A stretch of DNA of 64,000 nucleotides from Nemertoderma westbladi (lineage: Eukaryota > Animalia > Xenacoelomorpha). The translations under genes were made by a program, and so were the position numbers. Positions 13,063-27,321 of this stretch are shown piece after piece (within the stretch, counting starts at the first letter, position 1; every line of letters begins with the position of its first letter). The stretch is from contig JAUCBJ010009152.1 in NCBI GenBank assembly GCA_032718475.1, forward strand, positions 1-64,000, given 5' to 3'. The notes beneath the pieces are model-generated. The model ran no database searches, was not told where the DNA came from, and saw nothing but the letters and a program-made list of their open reading frames with translations.

Positions 13063-16002
13063 AAGAGAATTCGAAATTTTCGAGTGATTATTTTTAAACA
13101 TCAATAACTTCTGTTCTACAGGACCGTTTGATCTGAAACTTTTTTCATTGGATAGAGGATAGATTGTAGTGTGTGAAATAGGATACAACTTGGGAAAAGA
13201 CGCATGTGCACTTAGTGCATAATGCACTTAAAAAGTACACATTTTTTCGATATTTTAAACACTGTTATTTCCAGTTCTATTCATCGTAGAATGTTATTTT
13301 TTGGATTAAAATGTAGTTTGGAATGATTTCTAACTATAATCGTAACATTTGTTTAACTTTTTATGTCTATAAAGTGACTTAAAATGTCCATGAATATGGT
13401 CCATAATCGCAAATCCAGATTTATTAAATTGGATTTCTGACACTTTTAGCGACTGACACTTGATCATACACCATCGTAGATCGGTAGAGGATAAACATAA
13501 GTTTGTTAAATAAGAGCCACCATTACGATCTGCTAAAGTGCATTTGTACAAATAAGTGTGCAAAAGTGCAAATTTTTTAATAAGGTCAAATTATATAGTA
13601 TTGGGTTATTTTCTTTGCAGATACTTTATTTTCATATTAATATATTGTTTGGACCTTACTGAGCGCATTAGGGATAAGTGTACAAATAACCGGCCCTTAT
13701 GAGTCTTCGATTGGGTAAATTAATAAAACATAAGGTTGTATAGTATAATATTCTAAAAACCAGTGTGATATTAAATGCACTTTAAATAATAAATAGAAAT
13801 CAAATAACAATTGGACCACACAATTAAAAACTCGCACAATTTTGTACTTATTATATCGCTTCAAATTAATTCAACAGTGGATATTTGGGGGAAGGGGGAA
13901 GTTACAGTGTGCATTCGGGGGAAGTTTGGTGAACTGCATTTATGCAGTGAATCCAAACTTCCCCCTTTGAGATATCATATACTTAAGACATGCTAGGGTG
14001 ACGGGGAAATATTTGTTACTGTCACAGTTTGCTTCCATTTATCCTATCCTTTATTATTACCCCAGTCAGATAAGAGATAATAAATCAGTAAAAACTAAAC
14101 TAAACTGTCTTTCATGCAAACAAATTTCTAACTAAAGACGGGTGAATGACCATGACCATGGAAATAATTTTAAATATAATTGTATATCAACTATTTGGGG
14201 AGGCTTCCAAGTTAAACCCGAAAACAATTATTTTGTTACATAGTAAATAACGTTGTATGTTCTTCTTCCTCTCATAATAAAATATAAATGAAATATCTCA
14301 GATCGCTATGCCCTGTAACATTTCACAACCAAAATATTTAAGTGTGAAAAGTGTAGGCCTACCACACTCCGCCCAAACAACCGCAAACGCATAGCCAACA
14401 AATTTAACAAAAGGTTACATACATGTTGGGTTCATGACGAGATGAGTGAAAATTGATCGCGTAATATAAAGTAAAAAATTAAGAGACGGGCTGGCTCTCC
14501 TCCACTTTCTTACCCAATGGATATGTTGTTGTAATAATCTAATTTTGGAGCGGCTTTCTCTCGGTGGGATAAATATTTCTCCATTTGACGCAACACCGCC
14601 GCGGTCGCTATGAGGGAGGTGAATACCGCGGCCGCTCCTAAAGCCGCAGGCCATCGCTAACTATATAGGTTAACTTGGGATTCTGGGGGACTTTTCGATG
14701 AAGGAATTGACCAATTTTTTTTATTTTCGCACCAGGGGAGCGGCTCGGAATTCTAAGATATTAGCAACTCTAACATTAGCAAATCTATCCCCTCGACGGA
14801 CACGGCGGACAAAAAACCGTCATTTTTTCGACTTTTTTAAAAATTTTTTGAAAGGCGCTCTACAGTGGCTCGAAAAAACCCTAGGTTATTGCTTAGCCGA
14901 CGCCGGGATACGATAGAAGGGATTAATTAGTGAATTCGATTTTTTTTTCAAAAAAGATTACCACGCCTTTTTCCCGAAATTGTCCGTCAAAGTTGAAAAA
15001 ACGGACAAAATGGCTTTGCGGGATCCACTCTAACTCGGCTAATATTAATCGTACGGGGACGAAAGTAACGCGGCTGGAAAGGGGAAGAGTGGTACTACCT
15101 TTGTATCGAATGGGGGTAAGATATTTATTAATATTTCGGGTGTAAAAAGGGGCCGTAACTTTGTCCGTTTTTTCCATATTTTTTACATAATTAATATTTC
15201 CAAAATTTTTAATTCGACAACGCTAGTAGGAATCTGCCAATTCTTTTTCGGAAAGCGTAGAAGACCACAGGGGCTACATTCCTATCGAATGGGGGTACAA
15301 AAAATATGTAGGCAAAGGGGTCCAAAAAGGGCCAGAAAATAATAAAAAGTTTATAACTATAACAACTTTTTTATTTTAGACTCTAGAAGGTTAAAGTACA
15401 TTTTATACGGTTAATATCGATACGGGGAATCCAAATATTCGATTGGTTTTGCCGCGCAAACGATATTAAAAAAATGAGGGCCCAAATTAAAATTTCACGC
15501 TTCAAACTCGCTTCGCGGGAACTCGTCTAGCTCGAAAAATACATAAGGTCTGGGAGACTTATTTAAACAGTCTTATAGAGCGTCAAATTATCTATCTTTC
15601 AACGGTAGTTACAACGCCATAGCTATTATATAACTGGAGCGGCAGACGATCGTGTGAAATATACTACTTATAAAAAAGGGACGAAAAAATTTTTTTTTAA
15701 TAAATCGCCATTACATTATAATTTAACTTTTTGCGACAAAAGTTCCTGTAAAATGTAGCAAATTAACTCCACTATCTTTTTTCTTAACATTAATAATTAA
15801 AATAACGAGTTTTAAGGGTCGAAAAATATCGTGTAATTTTGGCCCTTTTTTTTCATTTTTTTTGGGGCCAAAAGTACCCCCTCTCAAAAGATAGAAAAAA
15901 AAAATTACGGCAAAGAATATACCAATTTTATTGAATTTGGAGCACCAGAACCGAAGTTAGAGCGAATTTAGTCAAAAATTAAAAATATTTTTAAATTAAG
16001 AA

Positions 16003-16076
16003 TGGTCAATATTGGGTTTCGAACCCACGAACTTAGGTATCGTTAACGTGATTGATAACCACTAGACTACGTGACC
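16003..16076 (-). ncRNA. tRNA-like Pol III cassette in 3-kb unit 3
   Basis: Same sequence as 12989-13062. Confidence 0.55.
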
Positions 16077-17318
16077 AAGAGAATTCGAAATTTTCGAGTG
16101 ATTATTTTTAAACATCAATAACTTCTGTTCTACAGGACCGTTTGATCTGAAACTTTTTTCATTGGATAGAGGATAGATTGTAGTGTGTGAAATAGGATAC
16201 AACTTGGGAAAAGACGCATGTGCACTTAGTGCATAATGCACTTAAAAAGTACACATTTTTTCGATATTTTAAACACTGTTATTTCCAGTTCTATTCATCG
16301 TAGAATGTTATTTTTTGGATTAAAATGTAGTTTGGAGTGATTTCTAACTATAATCTTAACATTTGTATATCTTTTTATATCTATAAAGTGACTTAAAATG
16401 TCCATGAATATGGTCCAAAATCGCAAATGTCGCGATTTATTAAATTGGATTTTTTACACTTTTAGTGACTGACACTTGATCATACACCATCGTAGATCGG
16501 TAGAGGATAAACATAAGTTTGTTAAATAAGAACCACCATTACGATCTGCTAAAGTGCACTTGTACAAATAAATGTGCAAAAGTGCAAATTTTTTAATAAG
16601 GTCAAATTATATAGCATTGGGTTCTTTTCTTTGCAGATACTTTATTTTCATATTAATATGTTGTTTGGCTCATACTGAGCGCATTAGGTATATGCGTACA
16701 AATAACCGGCCCTTATTAAGGCTTCGATTGGGTTAATAAATAAAACATAAGGTTGTAATATTCTAAAAAACCAGTGTGATATTAAATGCACTTTAAACAA
16801 TAAATAGAGATCAATTAACAAATGGACCACACAATAAAAAACTCGCACAATTTTGTACTTATTATATCGCTTCAAATTAATTCAACAGTGGATATTTGTG
16901 GGAAGGGGGAAGTTACAGTGTGCATTCGGGGGAAGTTTGGTGAACTGCATTTATGCAGTGAATCCAAACTTCCCCCTTTGAGATATCATATACTTAAGAC
17001 ATGCTAGGGTGACGGGGAAATATTTGTTACTGTCACACTTTGCTTCCATTTATCCTATCCTTTATTATTACCCCAGTCAGATAAGAGATAATAATCAGTA
17101 AAAACCAAACTAAACTGTCTTTCATGCAAACAAATTTCTAACTAAAGACGGGTGAATGACCATGACCATGGAAATAATTTTAAATATAATCGTATATCAA
17201 CTATTTGGGGAGGCTTCCAAACCCAAAAACAATTATTTCGTTACATATAATATAGTAAATAACGTTGTATGTTCTTCTTCCTCTCATAATAAAATGTATA
17301 TGAAATATCTCTGATCGC

Positions 17319-17418
17319 NNNNNNNNNNNNNNNNNNNNNNNNNNNNNNNNNNNNNNNNNNNNNNNNNNNNNNNNNNNNNNNNNNNNNNNNNNNNNNNNNN
17401 NNNNNNNNNNNNNNNNNN
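17319..17418. other. Assembly gap (100 N)
   Basis: A run of exactly 100 N. The flanks are non-contiguous positions of the 3-kb unit. Confidence 0.99.
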
Positions 17419-19131
17419 CTTCTCAAAAGATTAAGAAAAAAATTACGGCAAAGAATATACCAATTTTATTGAATTTGGACCACCAGAACCGAAGTTAGAG
17501 CGATTTTAGTGAAAAAATAAAAATAATTTTTTTTGCAAAAAAATTAAGAATGGTCAGGTCAATATTGGGTTTCGAACCCACGAACTTAGGTTTCATTAAC
17601 GTGATTGATAACCACTAGACTATGTGACCAATAGAAATTGAAATTTTCGAGTGACTATTTTTAAACATAAATAACTTCGGTTCTAGAGGGCCGTTTAATC
17701 TGAAACTTTTTTCATTGGATAGAGAATAGATTGTAGTGTGTGAAATAGGATACAACTTGGGAAAAGACGCATGTGCACTTAGTGCAAAATGCACTTAAAT
17801 AGTGAACATTTTTTCGATATTTCAAACCCTATTATTTCCAGTTCTATTCATCGTAGAATGTTATTTTTTGGATTAAAATGTAGTTTGGAATGATTTCTAA
17901 CTATAATCGTAACATTTGTTTAACTTTTTATGTCTATAAAGTGACTTAAAATGTCCATGAATATGGTCCAAAATCGCAAATCCAGATTTATTAAATTGGA
18001 TTTTTGACACTTTTAGCGACTGACACTTGATCATACACCATCGTAGATCGGTAGAGGATAAACATAAGTTTGTTAAATAAGAGCCACCATTACGATCTGC
18101 TAAAGTGCATTTGTACAAATAAGTGTGCAAAAGTGCAAATTTTTTAATAAGGTCAAATTATATAGTATTGGGTTATTTTCTTTGCAGATACTTTATTTTC
18201 ATATTAATATGTTGTTTGAACCTTACTGAGCGCATTAGGGGATATGCGTACAAATAACCGGCCCTTATGAGGCTTCGATTGGGTAAATTAATAAAACATA
18301 AGGTTGTATAGTATAATATTCTAAAAACCAGTGTGATATTAAATGCACTTTAAATAATAAATAGAAATCAAATAACAATTGGACCACACAATTAAAAACT
18401 CGCACAATTTTGTACTTATTATATCGCTTCAAATTAGTTCAACAGTGGATATTTGTGGGAAGGGGGAAGTTACAGTGTGCATTCGGGGGAAGTTTGGTGA
18501 ACTGCATTTATGCAGTGAATCCAAACTTCCCCCTTTGATATATCATATACTTAAGACATGCTAGGGTGACGGGGAAATATTTGTTACTGTCACACTTTGC
18601 TTCCATTTATCCTATCCTTTATTATTACCCCAGTCAGATAAGAGATAATAAATCAGTAAAAACTAAACTAAACTGTCTTTCATGCAAACAAATTTCTAAC
18701 TAAAGACGGGTGAATGACCATGACCATGGAAATAATTTTAAATATAATTGTATATCAACTATTTGGGGAGGCTTCCAAGTTAAACCCGAAAACAATTATT
18801 TTGTTACATTAGTAAATAACGTTGTATGTTCTTCTTCCTCTCATAATAAAATATAAATGAAATATCTCAGATCGCTATGCCCTGTAACATTTCACAACCA
18901 AAATATTTAAGTGTGAAAAGTGTAGGCCTACCACACTCCGCCCAAACAACCTCAAACGCATAGCCAACAAATTTAACAAAAGGTTACATACATGTTGGGT
19001 TCATGACGAGATGAGTGAAAATTGATCGCGTAATATAAAGTAAAAAATTAAGAGACGGGCTGGCTCACGTCCACTTTCTTACCCAATGGATATGTTGTTG
19101 TAATAATCTAATATTGGGGCGGCTTTCTCTC
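17419..19131. mobile_element. 3' part of another 3-kb unit (variant A) ending against the satellite
   Basis: Matches 9838-11548 and ends GGGGCGGCTTTCTCTC|GTTCTAACT. Confidence 0.85.
17556..17629 (-). ncRNA. tRNA-like Pol III cassette in the partial unit
   Basis: Same A-box/B-box cassette as in the other units. Confidence 0.5.
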
Positions 19132-19771
19132 GTTCTAACTTCTGATTGATGGACTCCATATAGGAGTACTGGTTCTAACTGCTGTATGATGGACTCCATA
19201 TAGGAGTACTGGTTCTAACTGATGTATGATGGACTCCATATAGGAGTACTGGTTCTAACTGATGTATGATGGACTCCACATAGGAGTACTGGTTCTAACT
19301 TTTGTATGATGGACTCCATATAGGAGTACTGATTCTAACTGCTGTATGATGGACTCCATATAGGAGTACTGGTTCTAACTTCTGATTGATGGACTCCATA
19401 AAGGAGTACTAGTTCTAACTTCTGATTGATGGACTCCATATAGGAGTACTGGTTCTAACTGCTGTATGATGGACTCCATATAGGAGTACTGGTTCTAACT
19501 TCTCATTGATGGACTCCATATAGGAGTACTGGTTCTAACTTCCCATTGATGGACTCCATATAGGAGTACTGGTTCTAACTTCTGATTGATGGAATCCATA
19601 TACGAGTACTGGTTCTAACTGATGTATGATAGACTCCACATAGGAGTACTGGTTCTAACTTTTGTATGATGGACTCCATATAGGAGTACTGATTCTAACT
19701 GCTGTATGATGGACTCCATATAGGAGTACTGGTTCTAACTTCTGATTGATGGACTCCATAAAAGAGTACTA
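19132..19771. repeat. 40-bp satellite, 16 monomers (640 bp)
   Basis: Tandem 40-mers lying in phase between two insertions of the 3-kb element. Confidence 0.97.
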
Positions 19772-21219
19772 GGTGGGATAAATATTTCTCCATTTGACGC
19801 AACACCGCCGCGGCCGCTATGAGGGAGGTGAATACCGCGGCCGCTCCTAAAGCCGCAGGCCATCGCTAACTATATAGGTTAACTTGGGATTCTGGGGGAC
19901 TTTTCGATGAAGGAATTGACCAAATTTTTTTATTTTCTCACCAGGGGAGCGGCTCGGAATTCTAAGATATTAGCAAGTCTAACATTATTAAATCTAACCC
20001 TTCGACGGACACGGCGGACAAAAAACCGTCATTTTTTCAACAATTTTAAAATTTTTTTGAAAGGCGCTCTACAGTGGCTCGAAAAAACCCTAGGTTATTG
20101 CTTAGCCGACGCCGGGATACGATAGAAGGGATTAATTAGTGAATTCGTTTTTTTTTTCAAAAAAGATTACCACGCCTTTTTTCCGAAAATGTCCGTCAAA
20201 GTTGAAAAAACGGACAAAATGACTTTGCGGGATCCGCTATAACTCGGCTAATATTAATCGTACGGGGACGAAAGTAACGCGGTTGGAAAGAGGAAGAGTG
20301 GTACTACCTTCGTATCGAATGGGGGTAAGATATTTATTAAAATTTCGGGTGGAAAAAGGGGCTGTAAATTTGTACGTTTTTGTCCGTCTTTTTTGGAAAA
20401 CTTATTTCCGAAATGTTTAATTCGACAACGCGGGTAGGAATCCACTAATTATTTTATAAAACTCGTAGAAGACCATTGGGGCTACGTTCCTATCGAACGG
20501 GGGTACAAAAAATATGTCGGCAATAGGGGCCAAAAAGGGCCAGAATTTGTAAAGTAGTTTTTATCGAATAATTTTTTATTTTTAACTTTAGTTGGTTAAG
20601 GTACATTCTATACAGTCAATATCCATACGGGGAATTCAAATATGCTATCGGTTTTGCTCTAAGGATGATATTAAAAAAATGAGGGCCAAAATTATAATTT
20701 CGCGCTTCAAACTTGCTTCACGGGAAATCGTCTAGCTCGAAAACTACTTAACTTACGGGAGATTTGTTTACACAGACTTATAGTGCGTTAAATTATCTAT
20801 CTAACAGCGTTAATCACAGCGCCGGAGGTATTATAAAACTGGAGCGGCAGGCGATCGTGTGAAATATAATATTTATAAAAAGGGACGAAAAATTTTTTTT
20901 TTAACAAATCGCTATTCCATTATAATTAAGCGTATTGCGCCAAAAGTACCTGTAAAAAGTATCAAATTAACTCCGCTATCTTTTATCTTAACATATATAA
21001 TTAAAATTACGAATTTTAAGGGTCGAAAAATATCGCGTTATTTTGGCCCTTTTTTTAATTTTTTTGGGGCCAAAAATAACCCCTTCTCAAAAGATTAAGA
21101 AAAAAATTACGGCAAAGAATATACCAATTTTATTGAATTTGGACCACCAGAACCGAAATTAGAGCGATTTTAGTGAAAAAATAAAAATAATTTTTTTTGC
21201 AAAAAAATTAAGAATGGTC

Positions 21220-21293
21220 AGGTCAATATTGGATTTCGAACCCGCGAACTTAGGTTTCATTAACGTGATTGATAACCACTAGACTATGTGACC
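21220..21293 (-). ncRNA. tRNA-like Pol III cassette in first unit of second trimer
   Basis: A-box TAGTCTAGTGG and B-box GGTTCGAAATCC on the minus strand. Confidence 0.5.
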
Positions 21294-24233
21294 AAGAGAA
21301 TTTGAAATTTTCGAGTGACTATTTTTAAACATAAATAACTTCGGTTCTACAGGGCCGTTTAATCTGAAACTTTTTTCATTGGATAGAGGATAGATTGTAG
21401 TGTGTGAAATAGGATAAAACTTGGGAAAAGACTTATGTGCACTTAGTGCAAAATGCATTTAAATAGTGAACATTTTTTCGATATTTCAAACACTATTATT
21501 TCCAGTTCTATTCATCGTAGAATGTTATTTTTTGGATTAAAATGTAGTTTGGAATGATTTCTAACTATAATCGTAACATTTGTTTAACTTTTTATGTCTA
21601 TAAAGTGACTTAAAATGTCCATGAATATGGTCCATAATCGCAAATCCAGATTTATTAAATTGGATTTCTGACACTTTTAGCGACTGACACTTGATCATAC
21701 ACCATCGTAGATCGGTAGAGGATAAACATAAGTTTGTTAAATAAGAGCCACCATTACGATCTGCTAAAGTGCATTTGTACAAATAAGTGTGCAAAAGTGC
21801 AAATTTTTTAATAAGGTCAAATTATATAGTATTGGGTTATTTTCTTTGCAGATACTTTATTTTCATATTAATATATTGTTTGGACCTTACTGAGCGCATT
21901 AGGGATAAGTGTACAAATAACCGGCCCTTATGAGTCTTCGATTGGGTAAATTAATAAAACATAAGGTTGTATAGTATAATATTCTAAAAACCAGTGTGAT
22001 ATTAAATGCACTTTAAATAATAAATAGAAATCAAATAACAATTGGACCACACAATTAAAAACTCGCACAATTTTGTACTTATTATATCGCTTCAAATTAA
22101 TTCAACAGTGGATATTTGGGGGAAGGGGGAAGTTACAGTGTGCATTCGGGGGAAGTTTGGTGAACTGCATTTATGCAGTGAATCCAAACTTCCCCCTTTG
22201 AGATATCATATACTTAAGACATGCTAGGGTGACGGGGAAATATTTGTTACTGTCACAGTTTGCTTCCATTTATCCTATCCTTTATTATTACCCCAGTCAG
22301 ATAAGAGATAATAAATCAGTAAAAACTAAACTAAACTGTCTTTCATGCAAACAAATTTCTAACTAAAGACGGGTGAATGACCATGACCATGGAAATAATT
22401 TTAAATATAATTGTATATCAACTATTTGGGGAGGCTTCCAAGTTAAACCCGAAAACAATTATTTTGTTACATAGTAAATAACGTTGTATGTTCTTCTTCC
22501 TCTCATAATAAAATATAAATGAAATATCTCAGATCGCTATGCCCTGTAACATTTCACAACCAAAATATTTAAGTGTGAAAAGTGTAGGCCTACCACACTC
22601 CGCCCAAACAACCGCAAACGCATAGCCAACAAATTTAACAAAAGGTTACATACATGTTGGGTTCATGACGAGATGAGTGAAAATTGATCGCGTAATATAA
22701 AGTAAAAAATTAAGAGACGGGCTGGCTCTCCTCCACTTTCTTACCCAATGGATATGTTGTTGTAATAATCTAATTTTGGAGCGGCTTTCTCTCGGTGGGA
22801 TAAATATTTCTCCATTTGACGCAACACCGCCGCGGTCGCTATGAGGGAGGTGAATACCGCGGCCGCTCCTAAAGCCGCAGGCCATCGCTAACTATATAGG
22901 TTAACTTGGGATTCTGGGGGACTTTTCGATGAAGGAATTGACCAATTTTTTTTATTTTCGCACCAGGGGAGCGGCTCGGAATTCTAAGATATTAGCAACT
23001 CTAACATTAGCAAATCTATCCCCTCGACGGACACGGCGGACAAAAAACCGTCATTTTTTCGACTTTTTTAAAAAATTTTTGAAAGGCGCTCTACAGTGGC
23101 TCGAAAAAACCCTAGGTTATTGCTTAGCCGACGCCGGGATACGATAGAAGGGATTAATTAGTGAATTCGATTTTTTTTTCAAAAAAGATTACCACGCCTT
23201 TTTCCCGAAATTGTCCGTCAAAGTTGAAAAAACGGACAAAATGGCTTTGCGGGATCCACTCTAACTCGGCTAATATTAATCGTACGGGGACGAAAGTAAC
23301 GCGGCTGGAAAGGGGAAGAGTGGTACTACCTTTGTATCGAATGGGGGTAAGATATTTATTAATATTTCGGGTGTAAAAAGGGGCCGTAACTTTGTCCGTT
23401 TTTTCCATATTTTTTACATAATTAATATTTCCAAAATTTTTAATTCGACAACGCTAGTAGGAATCTGCCAATTCTTTTTCGGAAAGCGTAGAAGACCACA
23501 GGGGCTACATTCCTATCGAATGGGGGTACAAAAAATATGTAGGCAAAGGGGTCCAAAAAGGGCCAGAAAATAATAAAAAGTTTATAACTATAACAACTTT
23601 TTTATTTTAGACTCTAGAAGGTTAAAGTACATTTTATACGGTTAATATCGATACGGGGAATCCAAATATTCGATTGGTTTTGCCGCGCAAACGATATTAA
23701 AAAAATGAGGGCCCAAATTAAAATTTCACGCTTCAAACTCGCTTCGCGGGAACTCGTCTAGCTCGAAAAATACATAAGGTCTGGGAGACTTATTTAAACA
23801 GTCTTATAGAGCGTCAAATTATCTATCTTTCAACGGTAGTTACAACGCCATAGCTATTATATAACTGGAGCGGCAGACGATCGTGTGAAATATACTACTT
23901 ATAAAAAAGGGACGAAAAAATTTTTTTTTAATAAATCGCCATTACATTATAATTTAACTTTTTGCGACAAAAGTTCCTGTAAAATGTAGCAAATTAACTC
24001 CACTATCTTTTTTCTTAACATTAATAATTAAAATAACGAGTTTTAAGGGTCGAAAAATATCGTGTAATTTTGGCCCTTTTTTTTCATTTTTTTTGGGGCC
24101 AAAAGTACCCCCTCTCAAAAGATAGAAAAAAAAAATTACGGCAAAGAATATACCAATTTTATTGAATTTGGAGCACCAGAACCGAAGTTAGAGCGAATTT
24201 AGTCAAAAATTAAAAATATTTTTAAATTAAGAA

Positions 24234-24307
24234 TGGTCAATATTGGGTTTCGAACCCACGAACTTAGGTATCGTTAACGTGATTGATAACCACTAGACTA
24301 CGTGACC
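24234..24307 (-). ncRNA. tRNA-like Pol III cassette in second unit of second trimer
   Basis: Same sequence as 12989-13062. Confidence 0.55.
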
Positions 24308-27247
24308 AAGAGAATTCGAAATTTTCGAGTGATTATTTTTAAACATCAATAACTTCTGTTCTACAGGACCGTTTGATCTGAAACTTTTTTCATTGGATAG
24401 AGGATAGATTGTAGTGTGTGAAATAGGATACAACTTGGGAAAAGACGCATGTGCACTTAGTGCATAATGCACTTAAAAAGTACACATTTTTTCGATATTT
24501 TAAACACTGTTATTTCCAGTTCTATTCATCGTAGAATGTTATTTTTTGGATTAAAATGTAGTTTGGAATGATTTCTAACTATAATCGTAACATTTGTTTA
24601 ACTTTTTATGTCTATAAAGTGACTTAAAATGTCCATGAATATGGTCCATAATCGCAAATCCAGATTTATTAAATTGGATTTCTGACACTTTTAGCGACTG
24701 ACACTTGATCATACACCATCGTAGATCGGTAGAGGATAAACATAAGTTTGTTAAATAAGAGCCACCATTACGATCTGCTAAAGTGCATTTGTACAAATAA
24801 GTGTGCAAAAGTGCAAATTTTTTAATAAGGTCAAATTATATAGTATTGGGTTATTTTCTTTGCAGATACTTTATTTTCATATTAATATATTGTTTGGACC
24901 TTACTGAGCGCATTAGGGATAAGTGTACAAATAACCGGCCCTTATGAGTCTTCGATTGGGTAAATTAATAAAACATAAGGTTGTATAGTATAATATTCTA
25001 AAAACCAGTGTGATATTAAATGCACTTTAAATAATAAATAGAAATCAAATAACAATTGGACCACACAATTAAAAACTCGCACAATTTTGTACTTATTATA
25101 TCGCTTCAAATTAATTCAACAGTGGATATTTGGGGGAAGGGGGAAGTTACAGTGTGCATTCGGGGGAAGTTTGGTGAACTGCATTTATGCAGTGAATCCA
25201 AACTTCCCCCTTTGAGATATCATATACTTAAGACATGCTAGGGTGACGGGGAAATATTTGTTACTGTCACAGTTTGCTTCCATTTATCCTATCCTTTATT
25301 ATTACCCCAGTCAGATAAGAGATAATAAATCAGTAAAAACTAAACTAAACTGTCTTTCATGCAAACAAATTTCTAACTAAAGACGGGTGAATGACCATGA
25401 CCATGGAAATAATTTTAAATATAATTGTATATCAACTATTTGGGGAGGCTTCCAAGTTAAACCCGAAAACAATTATTTTGTTACATAGTAAATAACGTTG
25501 TATGTTCTTCTTCCTCTCATAATAAAATATAAATGAAATATCTCAGATCGCTATGCCCTGTAACATTTCACAACCAAAATATTTAAGTGTGAAAAGTGTA
25601 GGCCTACCACACTCCGCCCAAACAACCGCAAACGCATAGCCAACAAATTTAACAAAAGGTTACATACATGTTGGGTTCATGACGAGATGAGTGAAAATTG
25701 ATCGCGTAATATAAAGTAAAAAATTAAGAGACGGGCTGGCTCTCCTCCACTTTCTTACCCAATGGATATGTTGTTGTAATAATCTAATTTTGGAGCGGCT
25801 TTCTCTCGGTGGGATAAATATTTCTCCATTTGACGCAACACCGCCGCGGTCGCTATGAGGGAGGTGAATACCGCGGCCGCTCCTAAAGCCGCAGGCCATC
25901 GCTAACTATATAGGTTAACTTGGGATTCTGGGGGACTTTTCGATGAAGGAATTGACCAATTTTTTTTATTTTCGCACCAGGGGAGCGGCTCGGAATTCTA
26001 AGATATTAGCAACTCTAACATTAGCAAATCTATCCCCTCGACGGACACGGCGGACAAAAAACCGTCATTTTTTCGACTTTTTTAAAAAATTTTTGAAAGG
26101 CGCTCTACAGTGGCTCGAAAAAACCCTAGGTTATTGCTTAGCCGACGCCGGGATACGATAGAAGGGATTAATTAGTGAATTCGATTTTTTTTTCAAAAAA
26201 GATTACCACGCCTTTTTCCCGAAATTGTCCGTCAAAGTTGAAAAAACGGACAAAATGGCTTTGCGGGATCCACTCTAACTCGGCTAATATTAATCGTACG
26301 GGGACGAAAGTAACGCGGCTGGAAAGGGGAAGAGTGGTACTACCTTTGTATCGAATGGGGGTAAGATATTTATTAATATTTCGGGTGTAAAAAGGGGCCG
26401 TAACTTTGTCCGTTTTTTCCATATTTTTTACATAATTAATATTTCCAAAATTTTTAATTCGACAACGCTAGTAGGAATCTGCCAATTCTTTTTCGGAAAG
26501 CGTAGAAGACCACAGGGGCTACATTCCTATCGAATGGGGGTACAAAAAATATGTAGGCAAAGGGGTCCAAAAAGGGCCAGAAAATAATAAAAAGTTTATA
26601 ACTATAACAACTTTTTTATTTTAGACTCTAGAAGGTTAAAGTACATTTTATACGGTTAATATCGATACGGGGAATCCAAATATTCGATTGGTTTTGCCGC
26701 GCAAACGATATTAAAAAAATGAGGGCCCAAATTAAAATTTCACGCTTCAAACTCGCTTCGCGGGAACTCGTCTAGCTCGAAAAATACATAAGGTCTGGGA
26801 GACTTATTTAAACAGTCTTATAGAGCGTCAAATTATCTATCTTTCAACGGTAGTTACAACGCCATAGCTATTATATAACTGGAGCGGCAGACGATCGTGT
26901 GAAATATACTACTTATAAAAAAGGGACGAAAAAATTTTTTTTTAATAAATCGCCATTACATTATAATTTAACTTTTTGCGACAAAAGTTCCTGTAAAATG
27001 TAGCAAATTAACTCCACTATCTTTTTTCTTAACATTAATAATTAAAATAACGAGTTTTAAGGGTCGAAAAATATCGTGTAATTTTGGCCCTTTTTTTTCA
27101 TTTTTTTTGGGGCCAAAAGTACCCCCTCTCAAAAGATAGAAAAAAAAAATTACGGCAAAGAATATACCAATTTTATTGAATTTGGAGCACCAGAACCGAA
27201 GTTAGAGCGAATTTAGTCAAAAATTAAAAATATTTTTAAATTAAGAA

Positions 27248-27321
27248 TGGTCAATATTGGGTTTCGAACCCACGAACTTAGGTATCGTTAACGTGATTGA
27301 TAACCACTAGACTACGTGACC
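27248..27321 (-). ncRNA. tRNA-like Pol III cassette in third unit of second trimer
   Basis: Same sequence as 12989-13062. Confidence 0.55.

Larger units (their letters stand above)
8526..17318. mobile_element. Head-to-tail array of a ~3.0-kb non-coding element (units 8526-11548, 11549-14562, 14563-17318 truncated by gap)
   Basis: Each unit starts GGTGGGATAAATATTTCTCC and ends GCGGCTTTCTCTC. The same short ORFs recur at ~3014-bp spacing. There is no long ORF and no terminal inverted repeat. Confidence 0.85.

Noticed and set aside
8526-17318. Treating the first trimer as a certainly independent insertion from 19772-28819
   Set aside because: The two trimers share the same layout and are separated by an N gap, so haplotype or assembly duplication cannot be excluded, although sequence differences exist.
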